A stretch of 64,000 nucleotides of DNA from Hydrurus foetidus (Eukaryota), in NCBI GenBank assembly GCA_900617105.1, contig UYFQ01000001.1, positions 3,534,001 through 3,598,000 on the forward strand. The letters run 5' to 3'. The position numbers and the translations under genes were made by a program. Below, piece after piece: positions 31,932 through 40,589 of this stretch; within the stretch, counting starts at the first letter, position 1, and every line of letters starts with the position of its first letter. The notes below the pieces were generated by a model. That model was not told the origin of the DNA and did no database searches. It saw only the letters and a program-made list of their open reading frames with translations.

Positions 31932-32920
31932 AATTCATGATGCGCGCGCTGCTGCAGTTCACACTTGAGTTGTTTGAGCCTGCGCCCGAAAAATTGCCAA
32001 AAAATGCTCGAAAAGCCGATTTCGACGCCTTAAACAAGCCTCTAGCCCAAGAGATACAGGCGCGAGCAGCTATTTATAATGTAGCGATTGAAGCATGTCT
32101 GCCAACGCAAACGCTGCAGGAAGTACTGGCCCCCGCCACTTTTGCTCACCCACGCGCCAGCCGCCAGGTGCTGTTAGCGGGTATTGTGGTCGGCTACGAA
32201 TTCAAACGCGGCAAGCGCCGCACGATTGGCTTTTCAGTCAGCGCCCAGGGGCTGACCGTCAGCGCGCCCAAGTGGGTGCCCTTGTATGAAATTGACAAGG
32301 CAGTGGTTGAAAAGTCGGCGTGGATTATTAAAAAACTGGAAGAAACCCGCGCCAGACATGACAAGCTCGAATCCGCCCGCATTGAATGGAAGGACGGCAC
32401 AACGTTGCCGTTTTTAGGCGAACAAGTCGTTGTGGTGCTAGACCCGCGCCATTCGTTTGGCGGTGTGGGTGCAGAGTTGAAAAGTAGCGTTGACACCACC
32501 GGTATCACCGAACCTTTACCCGGCGTCGCGCACCTCACTCTGCACGTTGGACTGCCGCACACCGCCACGCCCGATCAAATCAAAGACGCCGTGCAGGCCT
32601 GGCTGATGCGCCAAGCCAAGCGCATTTTTACTGAGCGCTTGAACCACTTTGCGCCCACACTCAACGTGCAGTGGCGCAAACTGAGCCTTAGCAGCGCCGG
32701 CACCCGCTGGGGCAGTGCTAGCGCCGACGGCTCAATACGTTTGAACTGGCGGCTGATTCACTTCAAGCAGTCCGTCATTGACTATGTGGTGGTGCACGAG
32801 CTTAGCCACCTGCGCGTGATGGACCACAGCCCACGCTTTTGGGACACCGTGCGCGCCGTGGTACCGGACTACGCGGCGCTGCGCAGTCAGCTCAAAGACG
32901 AAGGCGCACCGCGCTGGTAG
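31928..32920 (+). CDS. M48/YgjP-like (DUF45) metal-dependent hydrolase
   Basis: TRWGSAS, LNWRL, DYVVVHELSHL, HSPRFW. Confidence 0.9.
   Translation: MKFMMRALLQFTLELFEPAPEKLPKNARKADFDALNKPLAQEIQARAAIYNVAIEACLPTQTLQEVLAPATFAHPRASRQVLLAGIVVGYEFKRGKRRTIGFSVSAQGLTVSAPKWVPLYEIDKAVVEKSAWIIKKLEETRARHDKLESARIEWKDGTTLPFLGEQVVVVLDPRHSFGGVGAELKSSVDTTGITEPLPGVAHLTLHVGLPHTATPDQIKDAVQAWLMRQAKRIFTERLNHFAPTLNVQWRKLSLSSAGTRWGSASADGSIRLNWRLIHFKQSVIDYVVVHELSHLRVMDHSPRFWDTVRAVVPDYAALRSQLKDEGAPRW
32031..32086 (-). repeat. Dispersed element, copy 9 (5' part of M48 gene)
   Basis: Reverse strand GCTAC-N7-ATAGCTGCTCGCGCCTGTATCTCTTGGGCTAGAGGC. Confidence 0.85.
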
Positions 32921-33019
32921 GACAGGTGTAGGGTTGACGTGGGTTGACGTTTGCCTAGGGTTGTTTGCGTGAAGATGGCTAGTGTTCCGAATTGGGACAC
33001 CAGGTACATCTGAGCAGGA

Positions 33020-34468
33020 TCAAATGGGCGCTTCGAGTTCTGCCTTTGGAGCCCGCCCATAGATGTCATCAAAGCGGACGATGTCGTCCTCGCCAACGTA
33101 CTCGCCGCTTTGCACTTCGATCATGACGAGTGGAATTTTCCCCGGGTTTTCCAGGCGATGCTTCTGTCCTGCTGGAATATAGGTCGACTCGTTGGTGCGC
33201 ACGAAAAATATCCCGTCCGTGCCTGTCACTTTGGCCATGCCCGACACCACAACCCAATGCTCGCTGCGGTGGTGGTGCATCTGAAGACTGAGCGAGCCGC
33301 CGCAATTCACCTCAATGCGCTTTATCTTGTAGCGCTCGCGTTCGTCCAGCACGGTATAAGTTCCCCAAGGCCGTGCCACAGTGCGGTGGATCCGCGCAGC
33401 ATCGTGGTTTTTTGCCTTGAGCTCGGCAACCACCTGCCTGACCTGTTGCGCCTTGTCCCTGTGGGCGACCAGCAGTGCATCGGGCGTGTCAATCACTATC
33501 AGGTCATGCGTTCCGACCAGGGCGATCAGGCGCTCGCTGCCCCTCACATAGCATTGGTCGCTGTCGATCATCACTACATCACCTTCTGACCGATTATTGC
33601 GAGGGTCCGGCGGGGAGAGTTCTGCCATCGACATCCACGACCCGATATCGCTCCATTGAAAGCTTGCAGCAAGCATGCAAACATCGGCGGCCTTCTCGAG
33701 GATTGCGTAGTCCAGAGACACTGCCTCACAGGCGGCGAAATCGGCAGCTGGAAACTCTCTGACGCTGGCGTCGGGTTCCACACTGCTTGCCTGCCAGCAG
33801 GCCTGCGCGGCAGCCAGCAATGTTGGCATATGCTGTTTGAAAGCGGCCAAGGCTGTGGCTGCAGTCATGCACGCGATGCCAACGTTCCAGAAGTGGTGGC
33901 CGCTGGACACATAGCTTGCTGCGGTCTCAGTTGAAGGTTTTTCCTTGAAACTACGGACTTCGGCAATACCTGTTTCCGCAATGGACCCACACTCAATATA
34001 TCCATAACCTGTTTCCGGGGTCTGGGGCTTGATTCCAAACAGCACAATTTTCCCGGTACTTGCCGCCTTGGCTGCGATGCCCACGTCGCGAGCGAATTGT
34101 TCAACCGAAGTGATCAGGTGGTCAGCCGGCATCATCAAAAGGATGGCGTCTGGGCCATGCCTTGTGGCGACATCAATCGCCGCCAAAATGAAAGCCGGCG
34201 CGGTGTTTCGGCTGTCAGGCTCCAACAGGTAGCGGCACTGGACGTTATGACTGGATTTGCGGTATGCGTCACGAGTTTCAAAATAATACTCACGGTTGGT
34301 TACCGTAACTATTTCTGTCACGTCAGCAATGGCCGACGCTCTGAAATAAGTCTTTGCCAGCAAGGTTTCGCCGTCGGCCATTTGTATGAAGGGCTTGGGA
34401 TGGCATTCACGGGATACCGGCCACAGGCGTGAGCCGGTGCCTCCAGAAAGAATGACTGGCACGATCAT
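33020..34468 (-). CDS. manC: Mannose-1-phosphate guanylyltransferase / mannose-6-phosphate isomerase
   Basis: LSGGTGSRLWPVSR, RNTAPA, ETGYGYI, WSDIGSW, RPWG, SLQMHHHRSEHW. Confidence 0.96.
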   Translation of the reverse strand: MIVPVILSGGTGSRLWPVSRECHPKPFIQMADGETLLAKTYFRASAIADVTEIVTVTNREYYFETRDAYRKSSHNVQCRYLLEPDSRNTAPAFILAAIDVATRHGPDAILLMMPADHLITSVEQFARDVGIAAKAASTGKIVLFGIKPQTPETGYGYIECGSIAETGIAEVRSFKEKPSTETAASYVSSGHHFWNVGIACMTAATALAAFKQHMPTLLAAAQACWQASSVEPDASVREFPAADFAACEAVSLDYAILEKAADVCMLAASFQWSDIGSWMSMAELSPPDPRNNRSEGDVVMIDSDQCYVRGSERLIALVGTHDLIVIDTPDALLVAHRDKAQQVRQVVAELKAKNHDAARIHRTVARPWGTYTVLDERERYKIKRIEVNCGGSLSLQMHHHRSEHWVVVSGMAKVTGTDGIFFVRTNESTYIPAGQKHRLENPGKIPLVMIEVQSGEYVGEDDIVRFDDIYGRAPKAELEAPI

Positions 34469-36078
34469 GGTGGGTATCCTTGATAAGTCTGCGTGTCTGG
34501 CAAGGCTTGAGCAGGGAGCCGCGAGATCACATGTCGCTTTGGCTTGGCGTAGCCAAGAACAATGGTGCAGCAGATCAGGAAGCGCTGCCAGAAACTACGT
34601 CTGACTGCCATATAAGCATCGGCTACAGCAAAAGCCTCAACCTGTACTCTTGGGTCGACATCAGCCCACGCTGGCGCATGAAACAGACCTATAGACGCCC
34701 TGGCGAAGATACGTTGCCAGTCCGCGCTCAAGTCCTCCCATTCAGTCACGCTGCGTGGCCGTACGCCAAACCAGCACCGCCTTCCTTGCGCTACGTCCAG
34801 CAGTCCGCCGAAATACCAGGCTCGAGAGGCATAGGCTGTTGTGGCTGCAGGTGCCGTCCGTAGCTCCAGCAAGGTAGTGGGGCCGCTTGGCCTTGCGCCG
34901 ACTACCCAACGCGCGCTCCAGCGGCTGGGAGTCATCGTTAACTTGCGGTAACAAAAGTCTACGATAAACCAGGGCAGCAAGATCACCAAGATTGCTGCCG
35001 CTGCCGCTTGGCCCACCAATCGCAGCGCCACTGGCTCCAGGTCGCCGTGCTGCAGCAGGGAATCAACACCCTCAGTCATGTCGATGCGAACCCCACGGCT
35101 TACGCTTTGGATCAGATTCCCATTTGCGATGGCGCCGTGCAGTTTCACTCCCTCGTCCAGAAAAGTGTCCGCCAAGACCAGGCTGTTGCTTACATCGGTA
35201 TCCGCTGCGATCACGACATCGCGGGCCAGCACAACGCAGGGCCCGACATGTGCATTTGCATGAACAAAGCAGCCCGGGCCCACGAGCACGGGTCCTTGCA
35301 TCAACGCTTTGGGGCTGACGCTTGCATCCGGGCTCATGGCTCCCCATGGTGTCCTGATCCAGGCCGCCGGCACGCTGTCCGCATCACTGCAAAGCGCTTT
35401 TTCCTGGGCCGCCAGCAGTTGCGTTGCAGTCCCTGCAAAAGCGTAGTCGCTGCTTTCCGCTTGTAGCCGTTTCAGATCGCGGTTAGCGCCTATTTCTTGC
35501 GCTAGCGTTACCGTGGTTGTTGCGCTGTTCGCGAATCCAAGATCCCCGCCGGTGATGCATGCCCAGCCGCACCACTGTCCCGAGCCAGAGTCCATTGCAA
35601 TACCGTCTTGCGCTTGCAAAGATGACAGCAGCCTTGACGAAACCCATTGATCAGCATGGCCTATCAGCACCCGCTGGGCGCCGGTTGCAATGTGACGTAG
35701 TAACGCATACGGAGTTGCGGATGTCTTTGCGAGATGCCAGCGCAGTGTGATGCCCCAGCGCTCTCCGCCACCTAGCATCAGGCGCAACGCTTCGGGCTGG
35801 TCACTCACTACAAGATCGACCTCGCGCAGTCCAAGATCTGACAACTCCCCAAAAATGCGCTCAATAAAACTCTCTGCTCCCATTGGCAGCATGGCAGTCG
35901 GAAAGTCGGAAGGCGCCGGAATGTCGCTTGATACAGTCGCAGTGGCAAAAATAACGGTGCGATGCACTGCACACCCGTCACTGCCACACGAAAGGCCGAC
36001 AGGATCGGTTGCACTTGTCTTGCCGTGAGTTAAAGCACTCTTCGCAGACAGTAGCGCAGTGGGTTTGGTCAGGCGCAT
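34465..36078 (-). CDS. Fusion of degenerate nucleotidyltransferase, hexapeptide beta-helix and degenerate sugar-transferase domain
   Basis: PTAMLPMG..GGGERWGITL NTP-transferase-like N-terminus, VSPKALMQGPVLVGPGCFV repeats, TM helix, GLLDVAQGRRCWFGVRPR; start uncertain. Confidence 0.65.
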   Translation of the reverse strand: MRLTKPTALLSAKSALTHGKTSATDPVGLSCGSDGCAVHRTVIFATATVSSDIPAPSDFPTAMLPMGAESFIERIFGELSDLGLREVDLVVSDQPEALRLMLGGGERWGITLRWHLAKTSATPYALLRHIATGAQRVLIGHADQWVSSRLLSSLQAQDGIAMDSGSGQWCGWACITGGDLGFANSATTTVTLAQEIGANRDLKRLQAESSDYAFAGTATQLLAAQEKALCSDADSVPAAWIRTPWGAMSPDASVSPKALMQGPVLVGPGCFVHANAHVGPCVVLARDVVIAADTDVSNSLVLADTFLDEGVKLHGAIANGNLIQSVSRGVRIDMTEGVDSLLQHGDLEPVALRLVGQAAAAAILVILLPWFIVDFCYRKLTMTPSRWSARWVVGARPSGPTTLLELRTAPAATTAYASRAWYFGGLLDVAQGRRCWFGVRPRSVTEWEDLSADWQRIFARASIGLFHAPAWADVDPRVQVEAFAVADAYMAVRRSFWQRFLICCTIVLGYAKPKRHVISRLPAQALPDTQTYQGYPP

Positions 36079-36114
36079 GGCGTTTGTTATACGATTGGCA
36101 AGAATTGCAGGCAG

Positions 36115-36813
36115 TCAATACGCCCCACGCCCCTTCAGCACTGCAGGAAACGTTTCGCCAATCAGACGCAAGTCGCGGACAATTGAGCGAGTGCGTATGT
36201 ACTCGATGTCCATGCGAACCTGCTGGGGAAAAGGTACTTCAGAGCGGCCGTTGACCTGCCAAATACAGGTCAGACCAGGCTTGACGGTCAGTCGCTGGCG
36301 GTCAAACGATGTATAGCGGGCCACTTCTGCCGGAAGTGCGGGACGTGGCCCCACCAGACTCATATCGCCACTTAGCACACACCAGAGTTGTGGTAGTTCG
36401 TCAATACTGGTCCTGCGCAAAAATCGGCCAATGACGGTGATGCGTGGGTCCTCTTTGAGCTTGAAGGTGACTCCTGTGGACCCATGCTGGTTGTGCTGCT
36501 GCAGGGTTGTCTGCAGCGCTTGCGAATGCACGCGCATGGAACGAAACTTTGGGAAGCCAAACGGTTTGCCGTTTTGTCCGACCCGCGTCTGCCAAAAAAG
36601 GGCTGGACCACCATCACTAAGTTTGACAGCCAGTGCAACCAGTGCAAGCAAGGGGGCCAGCAGTATCATGGCGGGTAGTGTCAGGCAAAGGTCCAACGCG
36701 CGTTTAAACACCGCAGAAGTGTGGATATGCAACCACCAATTGGCCCGTACACCAGTGATGTAAATAAGTTTTGTGAGCAGGTGCAGGCTGGATGTAATTT
36801 GTGCGGTGATCAT
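36115..36813 (-). CDS. Priming phosphoglycosyl transferase (Bac_transf sugar transferase)
   Basis: KRALD, KFRSM, DPRIT, RRTSIDELPQL, GDMSLVGPRP, KPGLT; ATG 36813 follows AGAGG. Confidence 0.93.
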   Translation of the reverse strand: MITAQITSSLHLLTKLIYITGVRANWWLHIHTSAVFKRALDLCLTLPAMILLAPLLALVALAVKLSDGGPALFWQTRVGQNGKPFGFPKFRSMRVHSQALQTTLQQHNQHGSTGVTFKLKEDPRITVIGRFLRRTSIDELPQLWCVLSGDMSLVGPRPALPAEVARYTSFDRQRLTVKPGLTCIWQVNGRSEVPFPQQVRMDIEYIRTRSIVRDLRLIGETFPAVLKGRGAY

Positions 36814-36946
36814 GTTGAACCTCTTTGCATGGTGAGCCACTTTGGTCAAACGTATTTAAGTTCAACAATTACGTCAATTTGTTACAGCTTTGTAAAAACT
36901 TTTACGGCGTTAAAGAGACCAACTGATCTTGACAACTACCGACAGC

Positions 36947-36980
36947 AAAAAGCCCGAACCTGTGAGGGCTCGGGCTTTTT
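36947..36980. terminator. Bidirectional Rho-independent terminator-like hairpin
   Basis: AAAAAGCCCGA-N12-TCGGGCTTTTT. Confidence 0.8.
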
Positions 36981-37009
36981 GTTTTGGGAGGCGTACAAAA
37001 CTATTTGCG

Positions 37010-37249
37010 CACCGGCGGAAAATCCGAACAGCGCCAATGCGCCACCTCAGCTGCCATGCCAATGGACTCCGTCGGCGTCGGATGCGGGTGAATGGTTTTG
37101 CAGATTCCTGCCGCATAAGCGCCGATTTCAGTCGCCAACGCAATTGCGCCAACTATGTCGCCGACATGCGTGCCAAAGATGACCCCGTCGAAGACGTATC
37201 CAGCGCCACAGTTAGCTTGATCGTCCGATTCTACTTCAGCTGCTGCTGA
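37010..37249 (+). pseudogene. Probable frameshifted small hypothetical gene
   Basis: SAAMPMDSVGV in one frame continues as RMRVNGFADSCRI...DMRAKDDPVEDVSSATVSLIVRFYFSCC* in another; resembles, from memory only, a small conserved Comamonadaceae protein. Confidence 0.4.
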
Positions 37250-37251
37250 GC

Positions 37252-37310
37252 ATATTGCTCCTTAATCAGGAGCAATATACGCCTGAATTTATTGGGCTAG
37301 CGGCTTATTT
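37252..37310 (+). repeat. Dispersed element, copy 10 (intergenic, EPS locus)
   Basis: GCTCC-N7-GGAGCAATATACGCCTGAATTTATTGGGCTAGCGGC. Confidence 0.8.
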
Positions 37311-37696
37311 TATAGTTTATTGGTGTATCTTTGCACAACCTGAGCCTCGTGGGTCATATTGCGGCACCCTCATCCGCTTGTGCTGTCGAATCCACCTGGA
37401 CCAGGGCCGCCTCGAATCGTGGGCGGTCGGCTGAAAGCCGGCACGCTGCCTGTACTAGGCGGAGAAATCACGCGTTAGCTGGCAAACCCGACATGGTGTG
37501 GGTGCGCAACTTTGAGCGCTGAGCCAAAGGATAGCGGTCTGCTGCTGGGCGATTTAACAAAACCGTAACACTCCGAAAATTCGCAGCTGGAGAATCAAGT
37601 TAGGGCTTCGGAAGGCAAGGCTGGCTGCTCAAAAGCACATCGCGGCGTGACCCTTCTAACTGTTTTTTTAGAAAAAAAACTTTCAACGGAATATAT

Positions 37697-39793
37697 ATGC
37701 TCAAGAAACATTTGCTCAAACCGGTCAGCCTCGCCGTGATGGTCTCGCTCAGTGTTGGCGTTCTGACTGGTTTTACTGACATCACCAGCCCGTTTGGCAA
37801 AGTCGATACCGCCTGGCGTTACCTGACTTCCGCGGGGACGGCCGCCGCCGATACCGAAACGCCTTACAGCACCGGGATCAACGGAGCAGTGGTGCCGGGA
37901 GGTCAACCCATGCATTTGGGTTTTGATCTGTTCCCCAAGGCCAACAATGCTGGCGACCGTGCCCGATTGCTTGCCGCAGGCAAGACTGACATTGTGGCCC
38001 TGCTGGACTTGCTGGCTGCAGCAGGCCAAACCTCGGTGGTTCCCAGTACGCTGTACACGCAGATCAACGCAACCCTGCCGGAACGCAAAGACATACGCAG
38101 CAATGCGGTATTTCCGTCGACCGATGAGCAATCGAACATCATCATGAAAAGCGGCCTGACGTCTAAAGTCTGGGCGACGTTTGTCACGGAAGGCGCCGGA
38201 TTTCACAACAGCGTCGGCTACTTCATTTATGACCCCCTGAATCCGCCAGCCAAACCAAGCGATGTGAGCGGAAGCGAAATCATCTTTTTTCCGGATGCGT
38301 CCCAAGATTCGCCGCTGCCCCGCGCGTCGGGTGGCTCCGGCCCTACCGTTTACCTGGGCGAAATCCCTGCAGGCAAGGCCATGGGGTTCTTTGTCGTGGC
38401 CAACGGCTGGGTGGGCACCAACGGCCGGCATCAACCGTTTGCCACGTCCAATCTCGGCAATCCGGGCAACACCTCGGGTGTGAAGGATGCGATAGACCCC
38501 AACTGGGTCTACTACACCCTGGGCAACCTCAATCCAGAGCCCAAGGCATCACCCGCCAACCTGCATCGCCATGGCCTGATCATGAAAGAAGGGGCGGTGG
38601 GCAGTGGAGAAACCGGCTACCAGCGTCTGGTGCTGGCCATGGAAGACTACCTGCGCACTTCCGCGTCTTGTGATCATGACTTCAATGACCTGGTACTGGC
38701 CTTGCATGTCGAACGCAAAGAATCGATGTCCAACCTGACCACGCCAGGCGGCATTCAGAACATGCTGGCGCCGGGCGCCAATCCGGACACGGACGGCGAC
38801 GGTGTAGCCGATGCACTGGATGAATTTCCAAAGGATGCGACGCTGGCCAAATCGCGCTATTTCCCGGGCGCTGAGTCTTGGGCCACGGTTGCGTATGAGG
38901 ACCTGTGGCCAGCCAAACTGGACTTTGATTACAACGATCTGGTCGTGAAATACCGCAGCCAGGAACTCCTGCACGCCAGTGGCCAGGTCAAAAAAATCAA
39001 ACTCACCTACCGGCTCGATGCGCGGGGGGGAACTGTTCACAGCGGTTTTGCTGTTCGACTGGAAGGGATCAATGCAGACAAGGTGGCCAGCATTGTGGTG
39101 ACCCGGCCCGACCTTTCCACCAAAACTATTCTGCCAACGCTGTCCAGCGCCAGCGGATCTTTCGCGCTGGATGAGACCGCACCCGCGGTACATGCCAAAG
39201 GCTTATCAGCGACTTATGTCACCACGCCGGCCAATGGCTCAAAGCTCGACGCGTCTGGTTTGGTGATTCGCCTGCTGGATGATGCGTACGACTGGCTACC
39301 AAACAACCTGGCAGCCACAGGCGACTGCCGAGCGTTCTACAACACCGGACAGGGCTGCGATGTGCAGCCGGGCAAAACCTTTACGGTCGAAGTTACTTTC
39401 AAGGCGCCGATCACCACGACTTTTCCGTCACCACCTTACGACCCGTTCATCTTCAGGTCCGACGACAGCCAACGTGAAGTGCATCTGGCAGGAAAAAAGC
39501 CCACCGAATGGGCTAAAAAAAGCGCCCTCTACGGCACGGTGGATGACAGCACGGACATAACAAACTTCACGCGGACCTATGTGACAGGCGCTGCCAATTC
39601 GACACCCAATTTGCCTTGGGCCATTCACTTGCCTTATGACTGGGCGTACCCCAGGGAAGCGATCAACGTCGTAGTGGCATATCCCGACATGCTGACTTGG
39701 GGAAACTCGGGCGGCACGCAAAGCACTGACTGGTACACCCGCCCATCGGCATCAGGCGCCTACACCTTTTTAAATGGACGGAAATTTCCATGA
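37697..39793 (+). CDS. Secreted LruC-domain protein (DUF4114/DUF4842-like) with acidic Ca-binding-type repeat
   Basis: Signal peptide; TEGAGFHNSVGYF; MEDY..CDHDFNDLV; DTDGDGVADALDEFP; YEDLWP..DFDYNDLVV; PPYDPFIF; REVHL; LPWAI; YPRE. Confidence 0.8.
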   Translation: MLKKHLLKPVSLAVMVSLSVGVLTGFTDITSPFGKVDTAWRYLTSAGTAAADTETPYSTGINGAVVPGGQPMHLGFDLFPKANNAGDRARLLAAGKTDIVALLDLLAAAGQTSVVPSTLYTQINATLPERKDIRSNAVFPSTDEQSNIIMKSGLTSKVWATFVTEGAGFHNSVGYFIYDPLNPPAKPSDVSGSEIIFFPDASQDSPLPRASGGSGPTVYLGEIPAGKAMGFFVVANGWVGTNGRHQPFATSNLGNPGNTSGVKDAIDPNWVYYTLGNLNPEPKASPANLHRHGLIMKEGAVGSGETGYQRLVLAMEDYLRTSASCDHDFNDLVLALHVERKESMSNLTTPGGIQNMLAPGANPDTDGDGVADALDEFPKDATLAKSRYFPGAESWATVAYEDLWPAKLDFDYNDLVVKYRSQELLHASGQVKKIKLTYRLDARGGTVHSGFAVRLEGINADKVASIVVTRPDLSTKTILPTLSSASGSFALDETAPAVHAKGLSATYVTTPANGSKLDASGLVIRLLDDAYDWLPNNLAATGDCRAFYNTGQGCDVQPGKTFTVEVTFKAPITTTFPSPPYDPFIFRSDDSQREVHLAGKKPTEWAKKSALYGTVDDSTDITNFTRTYVTGAANSTPNLPWAIHLPYDWAYPREAINVVVAYPDMLTWGNSGGTQSTDWYTRPSASGAYTFLNGRKFP

Positions 39794-40410
39794 ACACCTT
39801 CCTGCCTTACAAACTGATGCGATTCAAGGATGAGCCCGTGACGGAACAGACCCCGTCGTCAACGCCGCTGCGCACTTCACCCTGGCCCATGCTCGCCCGC
39901 TCGGCGTTTGCCAGCCTTCTGCTGCTTGCGGTTGCCGCCTGCGGTGGCGGTGGAGGTAGTGGTACCAGTACGGGGGGTACCACGACGACCGGCACAACGA
40001 CAACAACGCTTGTCGTGACCGACACAAATGCCAACGCCCAGGCTCTGGCAAGCATGTCCAGCACGCCAGTAACTGTGTCTGTTTGGGGGTTACTGAACAG
40101 CGCCGGGGCAGACAGCATCCGGTCTATGGTGCCCGCTACCGAAACGGTGTTTATCTCGACCTTCAAGACCATAGCGGACCCAACCGGTGGGCCTGGGACG
40201 ATCAAGGTTTTTGATGCAAGCGTCGCCAGCGGTACTTTAAATTCCAGCCGCGTATTTCAACTGAGTACAGGCACTTTGCCCACTGGAACAACCCCGATAT
40301 GGGTCAACGTCAATGGAGAAGATTTCACCAAAAACAACCCAGAGGCCGAAAGCGCCCTGGAAATCAGGGTGACCGATTTGGGCAGCGCACTGCCGATGCC
40401 CCTGCCCTGA
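39790..40410 (+). CDS. Hypothetical lipoprotein coupled to the LruC-domain gene
   Basis: LLLLAVAAC lipobox followed by G/T-rich tether; ATGA overlap with upstream stop; true start may be later. Confidence 0.7.
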   Translation: MNTFLPYKLMRFKDEPVTEQTPSSTPLRTSPWPMLARSAFASLLLLAVAACGGGGGSGTSTGGTTTTGTTTTTLVVTDTNANAQALASMSSTPVTVSVWGLLNSAGADSIRSMVPATETVFISTFKTIADPTGGPGTIKVFDASVASGTLNSSRVFQLSTGTLPTGTTPIWVNVNGEDFTKNNPEAESALEIRVTDLGSALPMPLP

Positions 40411-40589
40411 TCCAGCCTGCTAAGGCGCCCTGGCTCTGCAGGCAAAGGTTGAAGGTCAGTTATACGCGGCGACAATTGCACCCACGCTTGCATCGCTGGG
40501 GCGGGAGTCCGCAGCGTGAATAACTCACAAGGTTGGCTCCTTGTACGGCCTTCACAACTCGAACACTGATTTGCTTCTAATCAAGCTTC

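Noticed and set aside
36850..37696. ops/JUMPStart element or c-di-GMP riboswitch ahead of the EPS genes
   Set aside because: No GGCGGTAG core or recognisable riboswitch consensus found by eye; an Infernal/Rfam scan would be decisive
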